Assembly (NCBI GenBank): GCA_965226655.1
Contig: CBDDDO010000007.1
Coordinates: 98,532 to 162,531 of the forward strand
Direction of reading: 5' to 3'
DNA from: Granulicella sp.
GTDB lineage: Bacteria; Acidobacteriota; Terriglobia; Terriglobales; Acidobacteriaceae
Length of the DNA: 64,000 bases
Shown: positions 26,247 to 31,586 of the stretch, in pieces
How the letters are laid out: each line of letters opens with the position of its first letter
Position numbering within the stretch: the stretch's first letter is position 1
The notes under the pieces: model-generated
The model's input: the letters and a program-made list of their open reading frames with translations, nothing else
Told to the model about the DNA's origin: nothing
Database searches by the model: none
Translations under genes and position numbers: made by a program

Positions 26247-27063
26247 TTAGACATGGGATCGCTTGAGGGTTGCGGCGCGGTTGCGGAGGGTGACGGGCAT
26301 CGTGCCGAAGCGGTTGTTGGCGCTGTTGAGGTTGTTGGCGGCGCCGGGGGACAGCGCGATCGACTGCTGCGCGAGAGTGACGATGAGGGCTGTGGCGGGC
26401 GTGTCGCCTTCGCAGGCGTAGCTGTGGAGGGTGGAGGCGTCGAAGTAAACGGCGTCGCCAGGGCCAAAGTGCTGGGTGGTTTCGCCGTGCTGCACGGTGA
26501 GGGTGCCTTCGAGGACGTAGAGGAACTCGGCGCCGGCGTGGTGGTGGGTGCGCGGGGTGCGGGCCGGCGGTGGGTTGGAAGATGGCGAGGTACGGGTCCA
26601 TCTGGCGGTCGGGGACCTGGTAGCCGAGGCTTTCGAAGAAGTAGAGGGGATCGTCGACGCCGGACTGCGGGAGGCGAAGGCGGTCTTTGGCGAGGTGTGG
26701 GCGGAAGAGGGTGACGGGCTCGGACTCGAAGAAGTAGCCGAGGTCTTTGGAGAAGACCATGGCGATGCGCGCGAGGTTGCGGAGAGTGGGTACGACGCGG
26801 CCGGTTTCGAGCTGGGAGAGAAAGCTGGCGGAGAGGCCGGTGTGGCGGCCGAGCTCGAGCAGGCCCATGGATTTTTTGAGGCGCAGGTTGCGGATGCGGG
26901 AGCCGATGCGCTTCTGGGCGATGAAGGCTTCGGCTTCGTCGCCGTCGATGCCCATTTGGGAGATGTCGGGGGAGGCGAGTTCGGTGGACTCGGAGTGAAG
27001 CTCTTCGGGGGCTTCGAGGGTTTCGGCTGTTTTGAGAGACGTAATGGGTTTTGCTGGCTTCAT
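26247..27063 (-). pseudogene. XRE-family HTH + cupin domain transcriptional regulator, frameshifted between the domains
   Basis: HTH: IGSRIRNLRLKKSMGLLELGRHTGLSASFLSQLETG (frame of 27063). Cupin: PRTHHHAGAEFLYVLEGTLTVQHGETTQHFGPGDAVYFDAS (frame of 26495). Confidence 0.75.
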
Positions 27064-27139
27064 GGCATCACTTCCATCCTGTAAACAGGTGATGTGATGG
27101 TATCAAAGCTAACTCGGTTGCTTTTGTACGGTGGCGGAC

Positions 27140-27673
27140 TTATTGCAGTTTGCCTTCGTTGAGGTCGTAGGCGGCGATGCCGAGGTCAGAGAGGGTGTTG
27201 ACGGTGGCTTCGAGGGAGCGGCGGACGGCGGGTTCGGCGGATTTGGGGGTTTTGTGGGCTTCTTCAATGGCGATGACGCGGCCGTAGGGCCAGTCGGCCT
27301 GGGGGATGGCGCTCATGGCGTCGCCGAGCTTGTCGAGGGCGATGTTGATTTCCTGGCGGCGGGCACCAATGGGGCGGAGGATGCCGCCGGCGCCGATGCC
27401 GGTGGTGTTCGCGTCGGCCTGGAGGACGTGGATGGTGAGCATGTTGGCCTGGACGGTGATGTAGGGGTTTTCCCAGGCGTCGAAGGTGTGGACGGCCATG
27501 TAGCGTGTCTTCGAGGGTGGCGGGATCATGTCGAGCTGCTCGCGTTGGGAGTCGCGGAGGGCGCGCTGCTCGGCTACGGGTTCGGTTGAGGGCGCTGGTG
27601 CTGTGTGGCAGCCAGTGAGGGTGAGGCCGAGGAGCGGGACAGTGAGCAGGAAGGCGTGGGCGCGGAGATTCAC
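27140..27673 (-). CDS. Hypothetical lipoprotein
   Basis: I take the GTG at 27673 as the start. It gives VNLRAHAFLLTVPLLGLTLTGC, a signal peptide plus lipobox. No known domain recognised. Confidence 0.6.
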   Translation of the reverse strand: MNLRAHAFLLTVPLLGLTLTGCHTAPAPSTEPVAEQRALRDSQREQLDMIPPPSKTRYMAVHTFDAWENPYITVQANMLTIHVLQADANTTGIGAGGILRPIGARRQEINIALDKLGDAMSAIPQADWPYGRVIAIEEAHKTPKSAEPAVRRSLEATVNTLSDLGIAAYDLNEGKLQ

Positions 27674-27732
27674 CCAAGCAGGATAGCAAGATGCGGTGCG
27701 TGGATTAGCTGTGCATCTTAACAAGTGAAGGT

Positions 27733-28812
27733 ATGCTCGGAGTAACGATGCTGGATTTGGGTGGCAGACAAGCGTTGAGTCGATGGCTTTGGCGGGGCTG
27801 CGTGGCGACCATGCTGGGTGTCGCTTCTGCGGCTGCGCAGCAGGGTGGATTGCCGCAGGCTCCGACGCCGCAAGGGCGGTTGGTGGGGACGATTTCGGGG
27901 GTGGTGAAGGACGTGACCGGGGCGATGGTGCCGGGGGCGCATGTACGGCTGGTGACGGCGACGTCTGCCGATACGGAAGCGGTGACCGATAGTGCAGGTG
28001 GGTTTGAGTTTGGGGATATTGCGCCGGGGCCGTTTACGTTGGTGATCACGGAAGAAGGGCTGTCGACCGTTACGGTGAACGGCAACATGCGCGCGGGGGA
28101 GCAGTATGTGATGCCGCCGGTTCCGATGAAGATTGCGGCGGCCAGCCAATCGGTGGATGTGACGTTTACGCGCGAGGAGCTGGCGGAGGACGAGATCAAG
28201 CAGCAGGAGAAGCAGCGTGTGATTGCGATCGTGCCGAACTTCTTCGTGTCGTACAACTGGAAGGCCGAGCCGCTTACCTCGAAGCAGAAGTTTGAGTTGG
28301 GATGGCATGCGACGTTGGATCCAACGCACTTTGTGTTCTCGGCGATTGGGGCGGGGATTTCGTATGCGGATAACCGGTATCCGGGGTTTGGGACGGGGTG
28401 GTCGAGGTATGGAAAGACGTATGGGGCTTCGCTGGCGGACTCGACGACCGAGACGCTGATGCGGGGGTCGATTATGCCGAGTGTGTTTCATCAGGACCCG
28501 CGGTACTTCTACAAAGGCACGGGGACGGTGAAGTCACGGGCGTTGTATGCGCTGTCTACTGCGGTGAGAGCGCGGGGTGATAACGGGCATTGGGAAGTGA
28601 GTGGAGGGATTCTGGCGGGATTTGCTTCGGGGGCGATTTCGAATTTGTACTATGCGCCGAGCGACCGTCATGGAGCGGGGCTTACGTTTGAAAATGGGGC
28701 GTTGAGTATTGTTGGGGTGGGTGTGGGACATTTGCTGCAGGAGTTTTTGTATAAAAGATTTACGCCGGGGTTGGTGCATGCGCAGGTGCATGGAGTAGAG
28801 GGTAAGGAGTAG
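27733..28812 (+). CDS. Carboxypeptidase-regulatory-like domain protein (secreted)
   Basis: Signal peptide, then GTISGVVKDVTGAMVPGAHVRLVTATSADTEAVTDSAGGFEFGDIAPGPFTLV (CarboxypepD_reg fold pattern). The last codons and the stop lie inside a tandem repeat. Confidence 0.75.
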   Translation: MLGVTMLDLGGRQALSRWLWRGCVATMLGVASAAAQQGGLPQAPTPQGRLVGTISGVVKDVTGAMVPGAHVRLVTATSADTEAVTDSAGGFEFGDIAPGPFTLVITEEGLSTVTVNGNMRAGEQYVMPPVPMKIAAASQSVDVTFTREELAEDEIKQQEKQRVIAIVPNFFVSYNWKAEPLTSKQKFELGWHATLDPTHFVFSAIGAGISYADNRYPGFGTGWSRYGKTYGASLADSTTETLMRGSIMPSVFHQDPRYFYKGTGTVKSRALYALSTAVRARGDNGHWEVSGGILAGFASGAISNLYYAPSDRHGAGLTFENGALSIVGVGVGHLLQEFLYKRFTPGLVHAQVHGVEGKE

Positions 28813-28868
28813 GGAGTAGAGGTAAGGAGTAGGGAGTAGAGGGTAAGGAGTAGAGGTAAGGAGTGGGG
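28792..28868 (+). repeat. Tandem ~20-21-nt repeat of the G/A/T-only family
   Basis: GAGTAGAGGGTAAGGAGTAGG / GAGTAGAGGTAAGGAGTAGG / GAGTAGAGGGTAAGGAG / TAGAGGTAAGGAGTGGGG. It contains the stop codon of the 27733-28812 CDS. Confidence 0.85.
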
Positions 28869-28880
28869 TGCGGTTGGGCT

Positions 28881-29075
28881 TTTGGTGTTCCCCACTCATG
28901 CGCCAAGTGCTGCGCATGAATGGGCCACCCGGGCGGTTGGGGTGGGTGGAGGAAAGCAGGTCTCTCCACTTCGCTGCGCTCCGGTCGAGATGACAAATTC
29001 GTGGGCTGCGCTGAGGTTGAGATGACAAATTCGGGGGGTGCGCTCCGGTCGAGATGACAGTTCTCTAGGAGTGGA
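28881..29075 (+). repeat. Composite intergenic repeat: element A copy plus two tandem GCGCTCCGGTCGAGATGACA modules
   Basis: TTTGGTGTTCCCCACTCATGCGCCAAGTGCTGCGCATGAATGGGCCACCCGG, then ...CTGCGCTCCGGTCGAGATGACAAATTCG... and ...GTGCGCTCCGGTCGAGATGACAGTTCTC. Confidence 0.85.
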
Positions 29076-29107
29076 GACAGGTGGCGCATAGCTGCGGTGC
29101 GATGCGC

Positions 29108-29881
29108 TTACTTGCTGTGCCAAGTGGGTTGACGTTTTTCGAGGAAGGCTTGGAGGCCTTCGTGTTTGTCGGCGGTGCCGCAGAGGCGGCCGAAGATTTC
29201 GGCTTCGATGGCGAGGCCGGCGGAGGGGGTGAGGCCTTCGGTGCGGTTGACGGATTCGAGGACGCCGGCGGTGCCCAGGGGGCTGAGTGTGGAGATGTTG
29301 GTTGCCAGCTCGAGTGCGCGGGTGAGGAGGTTGGCGGCGGGGACAACTTCTTCGACGAGGCCGAGGGTGAGGGCTTCGGCTGCCGGGACGATGGCGGCTG
29401 TGAGCATCATGCGGAGGGCCTGGCCGCGGCCGATGAGGCGCGTGAGGCGCTGTGTGCCTCCGTAGCCGGGGATGAGGCCTAGTTTGACTTCGGGAAGGCC
29501 GAGGCGGGCGGTTTCTGAGGCGATGCGGAGGGAGCAGGCGAGGGCGAGCTCGCAGCCGCCGCCGAGGGCGACACCGTTGATAGCGGCGATGGTGGGTTTG
29601 CCGCAGGCTTCGATGAGGGAGAAGACTTGCTGGCCGCGTTGCGAGACGGCGAGGCCGGAGGTGGCGTCGGTGGCGGCGAGGCTGCGGATGTCGGCTCCGG
29701 CGGCGAAGGCGCGGTCGCCGGAGCCGGTGAGGAGGATTGCGCGGATATTGGGGTCGGCGGCTAGTTGAGTGAAGGTGCGCTCGAGGTCGTCGAACATTTC
29801 GGCGTTGAGGGAGTTGAGGACCTCGGGGCGGTTGAGGGTGATGGTGGCGATGTTGTCGGATTGGGCGAGGAGGAGGGTCAT
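29108..29881 (-). CDS. Enoyl-CoA hydratase/isomerase (crotonase) family protein
   Basis: 257 aa. ILLTGSGDRAFAAGADI, PTIAAINGVALGGGCELALACSLRIAS, GLPEVKLGLIPGYGGTQRL. Confidence 0.92.
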   Translation of the reverse strand: MTLLLAQSDNIATITLNRPEVLNSLNAEMFDDLERTFTQLAADPNIRAILLTGSGDRAFAAGADIRSLAATDATSGLAVSQRGQQVFSLIEACGKPTIAAINGVALGGGCELALACSLRIASETARLGLPEVKLGLIPGYGGTQRLTRLIGRGQALRMMLTAAIVPAAEALTLGLVEEVVPAANLLTRALELATNISTLSPLGTAGVLESVNRTEGLTPSAGLAIEAEIFGRLCGTADKHEGLQAFLEKRQPTWHSK

Positions 29882-29919
29882 AGGGCAGGGAATAGGGATT
29901 AGGGGTTAGGGATTAGGGC
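29881..29919 (+). repeat. G-tract repeat (six GGG runs; contains TTAGGG-like units)
   Basis: TAGGGCAGGGAATAGGGATTAGGGGTTAGGGATTAGGGC. Confidence 0.85.
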
Positions 29920-29940
29920 ATCGAGGGTTGTGGTGGTGAA

Positions 29941-30141
29941 CAGCAGATCCCCTTCGAGGATGACAGAAAGAAAGGCAAGAGCAAGAGCAAGAGCAACTGC
30001 AACGGCAAGAGCAACGGCAAGAGCAACGGCAAGAGCAAGAGCAACGGCAAGAGCAAGAGCAACGGCAACGACGATGGTTGATTAGCTTTTTGGTGTTCCC
30101 CACTCATGCCCCAAGTGCGAGGGCATGACTGGGCCACCCGG
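29941..30141 (+). repeat. Composite repeat: element B variant, hexanucleotide microsatellite (29975-30072), element A copy
   Basis: CAGCAGATCCCCTTCGAGGATGACAGAAAGAAAG, then (GCAAGA/GCAACG) about 16 times, then CTTTTGGTGTTCCCCACTCATGCCCCAAGTGCGAGGGCATGACTGGGCCACCCGG. Confidence 0.9.
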
Positions 30142-30189
30142 ACGGATGTGGCGGGTCACAGGGGTCTAGCTGACGATACAATCGAACCT

Positions 30190-31068
30190 ATGATTAAGGG
30201 AATGACTACCGTGGCGGCGATTGCTTCGGGCGAGGCGTTTGAGAAGCTTGGAGGCTTGTTTCGGGCTCTGGGTTTTGAGCAGGGCAAGGGCTGGAGTGAT
30301 GCCGAGGGCAAGGGTGCGGCGTACCTTGCACCGGTCGGCAATCTGGAGCTGGTGACGGGCCGTGCGCCGGGGGTGCCGGCGCTGCTGGTGGAAGTGACGC
30401 AGTTGGATGCGGTGTACTCGGCTGTGCAGGGATGGATGAAGGATCCGGTGGGTGGTGGGTTTCGGGTCGAAGAGATTGTGGTGAAGCTGACGGTGGTAGC
30501 GGCGACGCACTGGAACTCGCGGCTGTTTACGGTGGAGCTGGCGCCGGGGTTGAAGATTGGGTTCTGGGAGTCGGAGAATGCGCTGCATGGCAAGCCGATT
30601 GCTCTTGAGGGTGATCTTTCGGCGGCGGGCAAGCGGTTTGCGATTGTGGTGGCGCGGTGGAATGCGGTGATCACGGATCGGCTGTTGCAAGGATCGCTGG
30701 ATGCGCTGCATCGTTCGGGCGCGAAGGCCGAGGATATTGAGATTGTGCGGGTGCCGGGGGCATGGGAGATTCCAAGTGCGGCGCGGATGTTGGCTGAGAC
30801 GAAGCGTGTGCATGCGGTGATTACGCTGGGCGTTCTGCTGCGTGGCGAGACGGCGCACTATGAGGCGATTTATAACGAGGTCGCGCGTGGGATTGGGCAG
30901 TCGGCGCAGGAGACTGGCGTGCCGCATGCGTTTGGCGTACTGACGTGCGAGACGCTGGAGCAGGCGCTGGATCGCGCGGGGTTGAAGGCCGGGAACAAGG
31001 GCTTTGAAGCGGCGATTGCGGCGATTGAGATGGCTTCAATACAGGACAAGATTGGACAGGTTCGCTAA
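30190..31068 (+). CDS. ribH: 6,7-dimethyl-8-ribityllumazine synthase with a ~140-aa N-terminal extension (VOC/glyoxalase-like?)
   Basis: The C-terminal ~150 aa are canonical RibH (RFAIVVARWN...VRVPGAWEIP...ITLGVLLRGETAHYE...AFGVLTCETLEQALDRAG.KAGNKG). There is no ATG/GTG/TTG start near the usual RibH N-terminus. The first ATG after the upstream repeat element is at 30190. Confidence 0.8.
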   Translation: MIKGMTTVAAIASGEAFEKLGGLFRALGFEQGKGWSDAEGKGAAYLAPVGNLELVTGRAPGVPALLVEVTQLDAVYSAVQGWMKDPVGGGFRVEEIVVKLTVVAATHWNSRLFTVELAPGLKIGFWESENALHGKPIALEGDLSAAGKRFAIVVARWNAVITDRLLQGSLDALHRSGAKAEDIEIVRVPGAWEIPSAARMLAETKRVHAVITLGVLLRGETAHYEAIYNEVARGIGQSAQETGVPHAFGVLTCETLEQALDRAGLKAGNKGFEAAIAAIEMASIQDKIGQVR

Positions 31069-31499
31069 TGGGAACGAGACGCAAGTCGCGGGAGTTGGCG
31101 ATGCAGATGATGTTCCAGGGCGACCTCGGCAAGCAGAAGCCGGAGGAAGTGGAGAAGCTTTTCTGGGAGTCTCGCGATGACGTCGACGATGAGACGCGCG
31201 GGTTTGCGGATGACCTGCACCGGCTGGCGACGACGCGCGAGGATGAGGTCGATGCGCTGATCGAGAAGCATGCGCAGAACTGGCGGATGGAGCGGATGCC
31301 GGTGGTGGATCGCAATCTGCTGAGGACGGCAGTGGCGGAGATGCTGGGGTATCCGAAGACGCCGGCGGCGGTGGTGATCAATGAGTCCCTGGAGATTGCA
31401 AGAAGGTATGCGGCGCCGGAGAGTGTGAACTTTTTGAATGGTGTGCTGGATGCGATTGGGCGGGAGTTGTTGGAGAAGAGGCTTGGGAGCAAAGTGTAG
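31068..31499 (+). CDS. nusB: Transcription antitermination factor NusB
   Basis: 143 aa. RRKSRELAMQMMFQ...ERMPVVDRNLLRTAVAEML...VVINESLEIARRYA...FLNGVLD. Conserved ribH-nusB pairing; the start overlaps the ribH stop. Confidence 0.93.
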   Translation: MGTRRKSRELAMQMMFQGDLGKQKPEEVEKLFWESRDDVDDETRGFADDLHRLATTREDEVDALIEKHAQNWRMERMPVVDRNLLRTAVAEMLGYPKTPAAVVINESLEIARRYAAPESVNFLNGVLDAIGRELLEKRLGSKV

Positions 31500-31527
31500 A
31501 GGATAGAGTTTAGAGGATAGAGAGAAC

Positions 31528-31559
31528 GAAAGGCCCTCAGCGTTTGCTGAGGGCCTTTC
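31528..31559. terminator. Bidirectional intrinsic terminator between convergent nusB and the large lipoprotein gene
   Basis: Perfect 14-bp stem GAAAGGCCCTCAGC / GCTGAGGGCCTTTC with a GTTT loop, followed by a T-rich CTGTTTGT. Confidence 0.7.
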
Positions 31560-31586
31560 CTGTTTGTGGCTGCTAACTTTTGCTTC

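Noticed and set aside
29895-29919. TTAGGG/ATTAGGG telomere-like units
   Set aside because: There are only a few units, embedded in the dispersed G-tract repeat family in the middle of a bacterial chromosome segment. There is no evidence of a linear replicon end.
28792-30072. Possible CRISPR array (tandem repeats at 28792-28868 and 29975-30072)
   Set aside because: The repeat units are 6 or ~20 nt and directly adjacent, with no unique spacers. No cas genes are present anywhere in the window.
29906-30137. Cys/Arg/Ser-rich and Leu/Pro-rich small ORFs (65 and 74 aa, minus strand)
   Set aside because: They are simply translations of the hexanucleotide microsatellite and the flanking repeat elements.
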